Below, one piece after another: positions 8,193 through 18,275 of a stretch of DNA of 64,000 nucleotides. The notes beneath the pieces were generated by a model. The model saw only the letters and a program-made list of their open reading frames with translations. It was not told the DNA's origin and searched no databases. Each line of letters starts with the position of its first letter. The first letter of the stretch is position 1. The translations under genes and the position numbers were made by a program. Source of the stretch: Sulfurovum sp. (GTDB lineage: Bacteria; Campylobacterota; Campylobacteria; Campylobacterales; Sulfurovaceae); the NCBI GenBank assembly GCA_026990595.1, contig JALXCZ010000011.1, positions 25,312 through 89,311 on the forward strand, written 5' to 3'.

Positions 8193-11015
8193 ATGGCAGT
8201 TAAAAAAGATATGATACATGTCTACGGGGCAAAAGAAAATAATTTAAAAAATATAGATATCAGTATTCCTAAAAACAAACTGGTAGTGATCACCGGAATT
8301 TCGGGAAGTGGTAAATCCACTTTGGCTTTTTCTACACTTTATGCTGAGGGACAGAGACGTTATATTGAGTCATTATCGTCCTATGCACGTCAGTTTCTTG
8401 GGCGTGTAGGTAAACCGGAAGTGGATAAAATAGAGGGACTTACACCTGCTATTGCGATTGATCAAAAAACCACTTCTAAAAATCCACGTTCAACGGTAGG
8501 TACGATCACAGAGATCTATGACTACTTACGTTTACTGTTTGCACGTGTTGGAGAACAGCATTGTCACCAGTGTGGCAAGCCTATTTCATCAATGAGTGCA
8601 AGTGATATTATTGAAGAGGTACTTAAGCTGCCTGAAGGTGCGAAACTTGTCATTATGGCACCGCTTGTCAAAGAGAAAAAGGGTACCTTTGCAGATATGC
8701 TGGAGTCGCTTCGTCACAAAGGGTATGTTAGAGCCATGATAGACGGAGTGATGGTACGTCTGGATGATGAGATAGAACTTTCCAAAACCAAGAAACATAC
8801 CATTAAAGTAGTTGTGGACAGGGTAGTGGTCAAAGAGGATAGCCGTGACCGTATTGGACAGGATGTAGAGAAGGCACTTAAAGAGAGCTACGGTGAGATG
8901 GAGATAGAGGTGCTCAACTATGAGGAACTGGAGCTTGACAGACAACACTGGCACTACTCGGAACATTTGGCATGTTTTGACTGTAAACTCAGTTTTGAAC
9001 CTTTGGAGCCTGTAAGTTTTTCATTCAACTCACCAAAGGGTGCCTGTCCTGCCTGTGACGGGCTGGGGATCCGTTATGCGATAGACTTGAAAAAGGTGAT
9101 TGATCAGGAATTGAGTATTGACAAAGGTGCTGTAAAGATCATGTATGGCTTTAACAAGAGTTACTATACAAAGTTCCTTAATGCTTTCTGTGAACAGAAC
9201 GATATTGACATTAAAGTACCTTACGGGGAACTGCCTGCACATCAGCAAAAGGCGATACTCTACGGTATAGGCGGTACCGTTGACTTTACTTGGAAACGCC
9301 ATAAACTCAAACGTGAGTGGCCCGGTGTGGTGAAATTTGCACATGACATGTTTAAAGATGAGAAAGATCTTTCTGAATATATGACAGAGAAAGTCTGTGA
9401 CAAGTGTGAAGGACATAGGCTCAGACCCCGTTCTTTGGCAGTGAAAATAGAAGGGAAGAATATTGCAGATATCATCGATATGCCTATTGAAAAAAGTTAT
9501 GCCTACTTTGCAGATGAGAAGAGCTTTTCACATTTGAGTGATCAGCAGAAGATGATAGCAGAGTCGATCCTTAAAGAGCTTCATGAGAGACTTTTTTTCC
9601 TCTATGATGTAGGATTAGGCTATATTACACTTAATCGTGATGCACGTACCATTTCCGGAGGAGAAGCACAGCGCATCCGTATTGCTTCACAGATAGGAAG
9701 TGGACTTACAGGGGTCATGTATGTACTGGATGAACCCAGTATCGGACTCCATGAAAGAGATACGATGAAGCTGATACGAACACTTAATTCACTCAAAGAG
9801 AAAGGAAATTCGGTTATTGTTGTCGAACATGACAGAGAAACTATTTCCGCAGCGGATTACATAGTGGATATAGGTCCGGGAGCAGGAGCATATGGCGGAG
9901 AGATCGTTTTTTCCGGAGATGCAAAGAAGTTGGCAAAGGCAAAAACACTCACAGCAGACTATATGTACGGGAGAAAAGATATTACGTATTCTCATGACAA
10001 GTCTCAAAAAGAGTGGATAGAGATCAAAAATGTTACCATCAATAATATTCAAAAACTCAATGCAAAGATCCCCTTACATAATTTTGTCTGTGTGACAGGC
10101 GTGAGTGGAAGTGGAAAGAGCTCTCTGATTTTGCAAACATTGCTTCCTGTAGCCAGAGAACTGCTTAACCGTGCAAAAAAGGTCAATAAAGTAGATGGCG
10201 TAGAGATCACAGGACTTGAAAAACTTGATAAAGTGATCTATCTTGATCAAAGCCCTATAGGACGTACACCACGCTCCAATCCTGCTACCTATACAGGCAT
10301 CATGGATGAGATACGTAAACTTTTTGCACAAACCAAAGAAGCTGAACTCCGTGGCTACAAGATAGGGCGTTTTTCTTTCAATGTCAAGGGCGGACGCTGT
10401 GAGAAATGCCAAGGTGACGGACAGATCAAGATAGAGATGCACTTCCTTCCCGATGTATTGGTCAAGTGTGATGCCTGTGATGGTACACGCTACAATGCTC
10501 AGACAAGAGAAGTACTCTATAAAGGCAAATCTATTGCAGATGTATTAGCAATGAGTGTAGGGGAGGCGTTGGAATTCTTTAAAGCTATTCCCTCTATTGC
10601 TGCAAAGCTAAAAACTTTAACAGATGTGGGGCTTGACTATATTACTTTGGGACAGAATGCTACGACCCTTTCAGGTGGAGAAGCACAACGCATCAAGCTG
10701 AGCAAAGAGCTCAGCCGTAAGGATACAGGTAAAACACTTTATATTCTGGATGAGCCGACCACAGGACTTCACTTTGCAGATGTTGACAGACTCACAGGTG
10801 TATTGCATCATCTTGTTGAACTGGGTAATTCTGTTGTGGTTATAGAGCATAACCTTGATATGGTAAAAAATGCAGACTATATCATAGATATGGGACCAGA
10901 AGGCGGAAATAAAGGAGGGCTTATTATTGCAACAGGATCACCTGAGAAGTTGGCAAACGAATATAAAAAAACAGGCTCTTATACGGGTAAGTATTTAGCT
11001 AAAGAGTTAGTATAG
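8193..11015 (+). CDS. uvrA: Excinuclease ABC subunit A
   Basis: Two Walker A motifs (GISGSGKS, GVSGSGKS), zinc fingers and LSGGEAQRI signature. Confidence 0.98.
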   Translation: MAVKKDMIHVYGAKENNLKNIDISIPKNKLVVITGISGSGKSTLAFSTLYAEGQRRYIESLSSYARQFLGRVGKPEVDKIEGLTPAIAIDQKTTSKNPRSTVGTITEIYDYLRLLFARVGEQHCHQCGKPISSMSASDIIEEVLKLPEGAKLVIMAPLVKEKKGTFADMLESLRHKGYVRAMIDGVMVRLDDEIELSKTKKHTIKVVVDRVVVKEDSRDRIGQDVEKALKESYGEMEIEVLNYEELELDRQHWHYSEHLACFDCKLSFEPLEPVSFSFNSPKGACPACDGLGIRYAIDLKKVIDQELSIDKGAVKIMYGFNKSYYTKFLNAFCEQNDIDIKVPYGELPAHQQKAILYGIGGTVDFTWKRHKLKREWPGVVKFAHDMFKDEKDLSEYMTEKVCDKCEGHRLRPRSLAVKIEGKNIADIIDMPIEKSYAYFADEKSFSHLSDQQKMIAESILKELHERLFFLYDVGLGYITLNRDARTISGGEAQRIRIASQIGSGLTGVMYVLDEPSIGLHERDTMKLIRTLNSLKEKGNSVIVVEHDRETISAADYIVDIGPGAGAYGGEIVFSGDAKKLAKAKTLTADYMYGRKDITYSHDKSQKEWIEIKNVTINNIQKLNAKIPLHNFVCVTGVSGSGKSSLILQTLLPVARELLNRAKKVNKVDGVEITGLEKLDKVIYLDQSPIGRTPRSNPATYTGIMDEIRKLFAQTKEAELRGYKIGRFSFNVKGGRCEKCQGDGQIKIEMHFLPDVLVKCDACDGTRYNAQTREVLYKGKSIADVLAMSVGEALEFFKAIPSIAAKLKTLTDVGLDYITLGQNATTLSGGEAQRIKLSKELSRKDTGKTLYILDEPTTGLHFADVDRLTGVLHHLVELGNSVVVIEHNLDMVKNADYIIDMGPEGGNKGGLIIATGSPEKLANEYKKTGSYTGKYLAKELV

Positions 11016-11085
11016 TTTTTTAGGGGAGGGTGTTTTATTTTGCTTTGTAAAATTAAATAGGCTAAGAAGACCCATCTTTTGATTC

Positions 11086-11110
11086 CTTTGAAATAATGCA
11101 TTATTCAAAG
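11086..11110. terminator. Palindrome between convergent genes, probable bidirectional terminator
   Basis: CTTTGAAATAATGCATTATTCAAAG is a near-perfect inverted repeat. Confidence 0.45.
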
Positions 11111-11146
11111 AAAGTTTATAGTCAAAATGTCCAGAAAAAACAGGAG

Positions 11147-11533
11147 TCAGGGTCTACGAAATTCTTTATTTCTGCCTTTACGGCTATTTTCTACACTGAA
11201 AGAGATGGCACTTTTAATGATAAACAGTAAAGCAAGTCCGGCAAGTATTTCGTAGCCGATAGCCCATGTCAAAATAAAAGAGGACTCTTCATTAAGTGAG
11301 AGGAACAGTTCCTGTTTTCCTTCTGCTACATAGAAAAAGAGGAAAAGAAGACCGGCTATATAAGGTAATGTAATGAAATAGATCACTAAAAATATTTTTT
11401 CAAAACCGTCTGGAAAAAAAAGAGGGGTATCATCAAAAGTCACTTCTTTTTCGGTAAACTTTTTTGCTGATTTACTATATTTTTTTTCTATGGTATAGTT
11501 AATGTTTTCTGTACCGATATTATGCGTGTTCAT
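11147..11533 (-). CDS. Hypothetical 2-TM membrane protein downstream of the riboswitch
   Basis: GAGGA RBS ahead of ATG 11533 (the ORF extends to ATG 11551). Two hydrophobic helices and a basic C-terminal tail. Confidence 0.75.
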   Translation of the reverse strand: MNTHNIGTENINYTIEKKYSKSAKKFTEKEVTFDDTPLFFPDGFEKIFLVIYFITLPYIAGLLFLFFYVAEGKQELFLSLNEESSFILTWAIGYEILAGLALLFIIKSAISFSVENSRKGRNKEFRRP

Positions 11534-11599
11534 TATAAAGTTTTTCCTCATTTGTGTAACTTAAACATGTATTCGAATCAATAGCTATTTAAGTATTTG

Positions 11600-11675
11600 T
11601 TTGAGTAACTCGGCGGTCTTTCGAGAGATCCGTAGCTTTCCGTCCCTACTTTGCAGTAAGTTTGGCTTTTATCAT
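11600..11675 (-). ncRNA. Cyclic di-GMP-I (GEMM) riboswitch aptamer
   Basis: Minus strand reads AAAAGCCAAAC-TTACT-GCAA-AGTAG-GGACGGAAAGC-TACGGATCTCTCGAAAGACCGCCGAGTTAC. This has the GEMM hallmarks: AAAC, a P2 stem with a GNRA loop, GGACG(C/G)AAAGC, and a P3 ending GACNGCCGRGTTAC. It lies in a 5' leader. Confidence 0.82.
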
Positions 11676-11683
11676 AATAATTA

Positions 11684-11692
11684 ATAATAGCA
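11684..11692 (-). promoter_or_regulatory. Extended -10-like box for the riboswitch transcript
   Basis: TGCTATTAT on the minus strand about 10 nt upstream of the aptamer. Confidence 0.5.
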
Positions 11693-11792
11693 TAGTTAGA
11701 TTTAAAGTTCTCTATATTCTCTCGATCCGTATTAATTCAGAGTGCTTTCTAACAAAGAATAGGTTAAAATAAACAAAAAATCAGGTTCTCCA

Positions 11793-14486
11793 TTGAAAAC
11801 AATCACCATCATAGACACATTCGGCTTCTTCTTTCGTTCTTATTTTGCACTTCCTCCTCTACGTAACTCTGAGGGGTTCCCTACTGGATTACTTACAGGG
11901 TTTGTAAATCTTGTAGACACATTACGTCGTGACCACAGTACGGACTATTTGGTTTTTGCCTTAGATGCAAAAGGAAAAACATTTCGTAATGAGATGTTTC
12001 CTGAATATAAAGATAACCGTGATGAAGCACCGGAAGATTTGAAAAAGCAACTTCCTGTTGCTATTGAGTGGATAGAACAGATGGGCTTTGCAAATTTAAC
12101 ACGTGAGGGTTACGAAGCAGATGATATCATCGCTACGGTGACTAAGTTTGCACGTGAAAAAAACTTAAAAGTATGTATCGTCTCACATGATAAAGATCTG
12201 TATCAATTGATTGATGATGGTGAAGTGGTGATATATGATGCAGTCAAGCGCCAAGAGGTAGATGAAGAAGCATGTATTGCCAAATTTGGGGTACATCCAA
12301 AAGACTTTATCAATTTTCAGGCACTTCTTGGTGACAGTTCAGACAATGTTCCTGGTGTTAAAGGCATAGGAAAAGTAGGTGCAGCAAAACTGATTAATAA
12401 ATATCATACCCTTGAAGCCATCTATGAGGACATAGAGAATGCAGGAACACCACGTATCCAAAAACTTCTTTTAGAAGGAAAAGAGATGGCATTTCTATCG
12501 CGTGATTTAGTGCGTATGAGTGACAGTGTATTTGCTGATATAGATGTAGAGAGTTTTGTTTTTGAAGACAAAAACTATCTCTCCTGTCTGCTTGAAGAGT
12601 TTGAACAGTATGAGATGAAACAAGCTATACGTAAAGCCAAAGTAGGGATGGAAGAGGCAGACTGTGAACGTGAATATGTGGAACCTGTCAAACCAAGCCT
12701 TACTTTTAAAGCAATTACTTTAGACACAAAAGAGAAACTTAACAGTGTTATTGATGAAATAGAGGCAGATACTATTGTTGCGTTCGATACGGAAACGACC
12801 GGACTTAATACCAAAACAGCAAAAATGGTTGGTTTCAGTTTCTGTATCGAAAGTGATAAAGCCTACTATGTACCTATAGGGCACAGCTATTTGGGTGTGG
12901 AGGATCAAGTAGCACTAGAAGATGCACTTTTGGCACTTAAAAAGCTTCTTAAACATAGGGTCGTAGGACAAAATCTAAAATTTGATTTCTCATTACTCTA
13001 CAATCAATACAATTTTGAAGAAATGATACCCTATGCCGATACAATGATCATGGCTTGGCTGAGTGATCCCGGAAGTAAGGTCGGGCTGGATACTTTGGCA
13101 AAGAAGTTCTTCAAGTATGAGATGAAACCGTTTAAAGCTATGGTTAAGAAGGGGGAGAATTTCTCTCATGTTGATATATCTGATGCCACCTTCTATGCGG
13201 CAGAAGATGCATGGATGACTTATCTGCTGTACGGCGCAATAAAAAAGAAGATGGAGTTAGGATCTTTGACACATTTGTTGAAAGAAGCGAAAAATGTGGA
13301 ATATCCATTCATTAATGTGTTGATCCGAATGGAGCAGTTGGGCATTAAGGTAGACCAATCCAAACTGCAAACACTGCAAAAAACACTTAGTACAGATCTA
13401 AGCAGCTTGACACAGGAGATATATGCGTTAGCAGGAAGTGAATTCAATATACGCTCTACGCAGCAGTTGGGTGTAATACTCTTTCAGCAGATAGGACTCA
13501 AAGGTGGTAAAAAGACCAAAACAGGTTACAGTACCAATGAAGCAGTGCTTCAATCCTTGAAGCATGAACATGAGATCATTCCAAAGATACTTGAATATAG
13601 AGAGTACCAGAAGATCCTCTCTACCTATGTGGATCCACTTTTAAAACTGGCAAAGCAGGATGAAAAGAGCCGTATCTACACGTCCTTTATTCAGACAGGT
13701 ACAGCCACGGGCCGCTTGAGTTCCAAAGACCCGAATCTGCAGAATATTCCGGTACGTTCTGCTTTGGGCCGCTCGGTAAGAGAAGCATTTATTGCCAAAG
13801 AAGGATATAAACTGGTCAGTATTGACTATTCCCAAATAGAGTTGCGACTGCTTGCCCATTTCTCACAGGATGCAGCACTGCTTGAAGCTTTTCAACACGG
13901 TGTCGATATTCACCTGGCTACTTCTACCATACTCTTTGGAGAAGAACAGGCGAAAGAGAAAAGAAATTTTGCAAAATCTGTGAACTTTGGATTACTCTAC
14001 GGCATGGGACCGAAAAAACTCTCTGATGAACTGGGTATCAGTTCTTCTGAAGCAAAAGAGATCATTAGCAACTATTTTGCTTCTTTCCCCACTGTTAAAA
14101 GCTTTTTGGAAGGTATTCAGGAACGGGTAAAGATAGATGGTTATGTAGAAACCATTCTTAAACGCAGACGTATTTTTGACTATGAGTCTGCTAACGGTAT
14201 GCAAAAGGCTGCTTTCATGCGTGAATCGGTCAATACCGTGTTTCAAGGATCAGCAGCTGACCTTATAAAACTTTCTATGAATCAGATAGATTCTATGATA
14301 AGAGAAGAGGAGTTGGATACCCATATGCTCCTTCAGATCCATGATGAACTCATTTTTGAGGTTAAAAAGGAAAAAGTTGAGGAGATCAGTAGACGTTTTG
14401 TGCATATCATGGAAAATGTGTTGGAACTTGATGTGCCTTTGGAGTGCTCAGTGAGTGTCGGAGACTCTTGGGGTGAATTAAAGTAG
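11793..14486 (+). CDS. polA: DNA polymerase I
   Basis: 5'-3' exonuclease (EADDII, GDSSDNVPGV), 3'-5' exonuclease DTETTG, and polymerase motifs DYSQIELR and LQIHDEL. Confidence 0.98.
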   Translation: MKTITIIDTFGFFFRSYFALPPLRNSEGFPTGLLTGFVNLVDTLRRDHSTDYLVFALDAKGKTFRNEMFPEYKDNRDEAPEDLKKQLPVAIEWIEQMGFANLTREGYEADDIIATVTKFAREKNLKVCIVSHDKDLYQLIDDGEVVIYDAVKRQEVDEEACIAKFGVHPKDFINFQALLGDSSDNVPGVKGIGKVGAAKLINKYHTLEAIYEDIENAGTPRIQKLLLEGKEMAFLSRDLVRMSDSVFADIDVESFVFEDKNYLSCLLEEFEQYEMKQAIRKAKVGMEEADCEREYVEPVKPSLTFKAITLDTKEKLNSVIDEIEADTIVAFDTETTGLNTKTAKMVGFSFCIESDKAYYVPIGHSYLGVEDQVALEDALLALKKLLKHRVVGQNLKFDFSLLYNQYNFEEMIPYADTMIMAWLSDPGSKVGLDTLAKKFFKYEMKPFKAMVKKGENFSHVDISDATFYAAEDAWMTYLLYGAIKKKMELGSLTHLLKEAKNVEYPFINVLIRMEQLGIKVDQSKLQTLQKTLSTDLSSLTQEIYALAGSEFNIRSTQQLGVILFQQIGLKGGKKTKTGYSTNEAVLQSLKHEHEIIPKILEYREYQKILSTYVDPLLKLAKQDEKSRIYTSFIQTGTATGRLSSKDPNLQNIPVRSALGRSVREAFIAKEGYKLVSIDYSQIELRLLAHFSQDAALLEAFQHGVDIHLATSTILFGEEQAKEKRNFAKSVNFGLLYGMGPKKLSDELGISSSEAKEIISNYFASFPTVKSFLEGIQERVKIDGYVETILKRRRIFDYESANGMQKAAFMRESVNTVFQGSAADLIKLSMNQIDSMIREEELDTHMLLQIHDELIFEVKKEKVEEISRRFVHIMENVLELDVPLECSVSVGDSWGELK

Positions 14487-14490
14487 TAAC

Positions 14491-14520
14491 ATTGAAGCCT
14501 TCGAATTCAGAGGGTTCAAT
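14491..14520. repeat. Short palindrome related to family E; probable terminator
   Basis: ATTGAAGCCTTCGAATTCAGAGGGTTCAAT shares ATTCAGAGG(GTTC) with the 1803 and 35300 elements. Confidence 0.4.
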
Positions 14521-14584
14521 TAGCATTTCATTAACAAACATTGGTTACAATCGCCTTTATTAAATGACAAAGGGGTTTTAAACC

Positions 14585-17500
14585 ATGTTAAAACGACTAT
14601 TATCCATGAAAATGGCTGTGCTGGTCATGTTCATTTTTGGTGTTGCTATAGGGACTGCAACATTTATAGAGAATGATTACGGTACACAGACGGCCAGAGC
14701 ACTCATCTACAAAGCAAAATGGTTTGAGTTCTTTTTGGCATATTTTATACTTATTCTGACCTATCAGATATTTAAATACAAAACCTATAAAACAAAATTC
14801 CCTGTATTTTTATTTCACTTTTCCTTTATTGTCATCGCGTTTGGTGCACTGATTACCCGTTATGTCGGATATGAGGGGATCATGCATATTCGAGAAGGTC
14901 AGGCAACGAATTTAATGGTTTCCGATGTGAAGACACTACAGGTATTTGCAGGCAGTAAAGAAGCAAATGCTTCTTTAGAAAAACCACTTTATTTTTCAAC
15001 GATGACATCTAACCGTCTCTCTGAAAATCTTAAAGTAGGTGACAAAACCGTACATCTCTCTCTGGTCAAATATATGCCTACTGCAGAAGAAGAGATTGCC
15101 TATGATCCTCATGGAAAAACATTGTTGGAATTAAAAGTCTCAGCAGGCGGACAAGGGAAAATACATTTTTTTGAACCGGGAAGTATTAAAGATTTTGGTA
15201 GTTTCTACATTGCTTATAACCGAAAAGCGATTCCTACAGATAAACCTGCGTTTGAAATTACGGGACAACCTGATGCCTTAACGGTACGTTTTCCATTTAT
15301 TCTGGAGACACTCAAAATGGATACCAAAAAGAGTGCCCAACTTGCAGCAGGAGATAATAATTTAAGTAAAAGAACATTGTACCGTTTTGGAAATAATGCA
15401 GTGGTACTCAAAGATATTCATGAAAAATCAATCCTTAAAACAGTTTCTCATGATCTTAAAACCAAACCGGGGAAACCTGAGTTCATACAGCTTAAAGTAA
15501 GTGTGGGGGATCAAAGCAAGATCGTAACATTTAAGCCGAGAAAAGGGCAAACAGGTGATTTGAAAAAAGTAACTTTGAATGGTGTTGAGGTGCAGCTTCG
15601 TATTGGTGCAAAAGTGATTCAACTGCCTTTTTCTATTAAACTTAAAGATTTTCAATTGGAGCGTTATCCGGGTTCTATGACACCTGCTTCATATGCGAGT
15701 GAAGTGGAACTTATAGACAAAGAACAAAATATCACTATGCCATACAGGATTTATATGAACCATATTTTAGACCATAGAAACTACAGACTCTTCCAATCGT
15801 CATATGATCCTGATGAAAAAGGTACGGTACTCTCTGTTAACCATGATCCTGGAACTTTGCCTACCTACATTGGATATCTGTTACTTGCTATAGGGATGCT
15901 TTGGAGTCTGTTTATTCCAAATGGAAGATTCCAGAAACTACTTAAAGGTGCGAGAAAACTACAGGGGAGTACGGCTGTTGCTGTGCTTTTGATGCTGTTT
16001 GCTGTGATGCCTCAGCATATGTATGCTGCTATGCCACACTTAGATACCAAAGTAATTAAAGAGATGAAAGCTTTTAGTCCAGAGCACTGTCGTAAATTCG
16101 GTATGCTTGCTGTGCAGGACAATATGGGGCGTATGAAACCTATGGATACGGTAGCACATGATGTCATTTCAAAAATTACGGTAAAAACAAAACCGTTTGG
16201 GTTGGAACCGATACAGATATATTTAGGAATGATACTGGAACCTGAACTTTATCAGAATGTGCCTATGATCAAAATAGGACATAAGAAAATTGCACTTGAG
16301 CTCGGATTGCCTAAAAATACTGAGTATGCAAAATTTACAGATTTCTTCAGTGCAAAAGACAATGGGTATAAACTTTTTAAACAGATCACTGAAGCAAGTA
16401 GAAAAAAACCTCTTGAGAAGACGCAGTATGACAAAGAACTGATCAAAGTGGATGAAAGAGTGAATGTTGCTTATATGGTTTATCAGGGTACATTGATGCG
16501 GATCTATCCTAAACCACACGATGCGAACAATAAATGGTTTTCTCCTATGGATGCGATGAAACAGTTTGATCCTAAAGATGCTAAAAATGTAAAAATGAGT
16601 ATTTCTGCGTACTTCATGATGGTAGCACAAGGGCTGAAAACAGGAAAGTGGGAATATGCCGATACAGCACTTAAAGGTATTCAGAAATTCCAGAAGAAAT
16701 ATGGTGCTGCAGTACTCCCAAGCCAAAAGCATATTGAGATGGAGATTTGGTACAATAAATTAGGACTCTTTAGTAAACTTTTTCCTCTTTATCTGACACT
16801 GGGAATGATCTTGTTGATCTTCGCATTTATTCATGTGATGAAACCAAGTTTCTCGATGAAGTGGATCATGCGTATTTCTTGGAGTGTATTGATATTTGGT
16901 TTTATTGTACATATTACAGGGATGGGTATCCGTTGGTATATTGCAGGACATGCTCCATGGTCCAATGCTTATGAATCTATTGTATTCATCGCAGCGGCTA
17001 CCGTATTTGCAGGGATAATTCTTGCCAGAAATTCGCCGTTTGCACTAGCGGGAACAGCACTTTTGGCAGGCTTTACGATGTTGGTTGCGCATATGAACTT
17101 TATCAACCCGGAGATCACCAATCTGGTACCGGTACTTAAATCCTACTGGCTGATGATCCATGTGGCAACGATCATCTCTGGAGATGGTTTCCTTGGACTC
17201 GGATCGATCCTTTCTTTAATGGTATTGATCCTTTTCATCTTGCGTGGTAAAAAGGGAAATGCAAATATTGATCGTTCTATTAGAGAGTTGAGTAATCTTT
17301 CTGAAATGGGACTTATCATTGGACTAATGTTGCTTACTATAGGTAACTTCCTGGGTGGTGTCTGGGCAAATGAGAGTTGGGGACGCTACTGGGGTTGGGA
17401 TTCAAAAGAGACCTGGGCGGCAGTGACCATTCTTATCTATGCTACGGTACTGCATCTTCGGTTTATCCCGGCAATGAAGTCAACATTCATTTACAATGTT

Positions 17501-17680
17501 GCAGCTACCTGGGCATATTCGAGTGTACTTATGACCTATTTTGGTGTCAATTATTATCTGTCAGGATTGCACTCTTATGCTGCCGGTGATCCGGTACCTA
17601 TTCCTGTATGGATCTACTATGCGGTTGCAGGGTTGTTTATTTTAACACTTTTAGCTGCAAGAAACAGAAAACTCTCCTAA
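14585..17680 (+). CDS. ccsA: Fused system II cytochrome c synthase CcsBA (ResB + CcsA)
   Basis: ResB-type FQSSYDPDEKGTVLSVNHDPG, GHAPWSNAYES and WWD-domain WANESWGRYWGWDSKE; HSYA at the C-terminus. Confidence 0.9.
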   Translation: MLKRLLSMKMAVLVMFIFGVAIGTATFIENDYGTQTARALIYKAKWFEFFLAYFILILTYQIFKYKTYKTKFPVFLFHFSFIVIAFGALITRYVGYEGIMHIREGQATNLMVSDVKTLQVFAGSKEANASLEKPLYFSTMTSNRLSENLKVGDKTVHLSLVKYMPTAEEEIAYDPHGKTLLELKVSAGGQGKIHFFEPGSIKDFGSFYIAYNRKAIPTDKPAFEITGQPDALTVRFPFILETLKMDTKKSAQLAAGDNNLSKRTLYRFGNNAVVLKDIHEKSILKTVSHDLKTKPGKPEFIQLKVSVGDQSKIVTFKPRKGQTGDLKKVTLNGVEVQLRIGAKVIQLPFSIKLKDFQLERYPGSMTPASYASEVELIDKEQNITMPYRIYMNHILDHRNYRLFQSSYDPDEKGTVLSVNHDPGTLPTYIGYLLLAIGMLWSLFIPNGRFQKLLKGARKLQGSTAVAVLLMLFAVMPQHMYAAMPHLDTKVIKEMKAFSPEHCRKFGMLAVQDNMGRMKPMDTVAHDVISKITVKTKPFGLEPIQIYLGMILEPELYQNVPMIKIGHKKIALELGLPKNTEYAKFTDFFSAKDNGYKLFKQITEASRKKPLEKTQYDKELIKVDERVNVAYMVYQGTLMRIYPKPHDANNKWFSPMDAMKQFDPKDAKNVKMSISAYFMMVAQGLKTGKWEYADTALKGIQKFQKKYGAAVLPSQKHIEMEIWYNKLGLFSKLFPLYLTLGMILLIFAFIHVMKPSFSMKWIMRISWSVLIFGFIVHITGMGIRWYIAGHAPWSNAYESIVFIAAATVFAGIILARNSPFALAGTALLAGFTMLVAHMNFINPEITNLVPVLKSYWLMIHVATIISGDGFLGLGSILSLMVLILFILRGKKGNANIDRSIRELSNLSEMGLIIGLMLLTIGNFLGGVWANESWGRYWGWDSKETWAAVTILIYATVLHLRFIPAMKSTFIYNVAATWAYSSVLMTYFGVNYYLSGLHSYAAGDPVPIPVWIYYAVAGLFILTLLAARNRKLS

Positions 17681-17803
17681 ATTATTAGAGGTTTCCTAAA
17701 GTATTTTTCTTCAAAAGGAGAAAAGTGTATTTTCTTATATTTTAAGCGGTAACTCTATTTTCTTATATTATAATTTTTTATCTCGACATATAAAGGAAAA
17801 AGA

Positions 17804-18235
17804 ATGTTAGAAGAGTTTAAAAAGTTTCTCATTAAGGGAAATATGGTAGATATGGCGGTAGGTTTCATCTTTGGTAGTGCTTTTGCAACAGTGGTGAAAT
17901 CATTGGTAGACAATGTGATTATGCCTCCGGTAGGTTTGTTGCTGGGGAAAGTAGATTTTTCTCAATTATTTATCCCTTTAGATGGTAATTCATATAATAC
18001 ATTGGCGGCTGCTGAAAAAGTGGGTGCACCAATTATTAAATATGGTGCAACGATCAATGATATTATTTCATTTATCATTTTAGGTTTTGTTGTGTTTATG
18101 TTTATCAAAGCATACAACAAAATGAAAGAACCAGAAGCTGAAGCAGCACCTACAACTAAAGTATGTAGTGAGTGTGCAATGGAGATACCAATAGACGCTA
18201 AAAAATGTGGATATTGTGGAAATATAAACGTATAG
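17804..18235 (+). CDS. mscL: Large-conductance mechanosensitive channel with C-terminal zinc-ribbon-like tail
   Basis: EFKKFLIKGNMVDMAVGFIFG; tail CSEC...CGYC. Confidence 0.92.
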   Translation: MLEEFKKFLIKGNMVDMAVGFIFGSAFATVVKSLVDNVIMPPVGLLLGKVDFSQLFIPLDGNSYNTLAAAEKVGAPIIKYGATINDIISFIILGFVVFMFIKAYNKMKEPEAEAAPTTKVCSECAMEIPIDAKKCGYCGNINV

Positions 18236-18250
18236 ATATGTCACAATTTT

Positions 18251-18274
18251 AAACAAGGCTTTAAAGCCTTGTTT
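18251..18274. terminator. Bidirectional terminator
   Basis: Perfect 24-bp palindrome AAACAAGGCTTTAAAGCCTTGTTT between convergent mscL and tcdA. Confidence 0.65.
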
Positions 18275-18275
18275 T

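Noticed and set aside
14585-17680. Unusually long cytochrome c biogenesis protein as a novel fusion
   Set aside because: Fused CcsBA of about 900-1050 aa is the known form in Campylobacterota.
18251-18274. Perfect 24-bp palindrome as a possible operator or mobile end
   Set aside because: Lies between convergent stop codons with A/T flanks; an ordinary bidirectional terminator.
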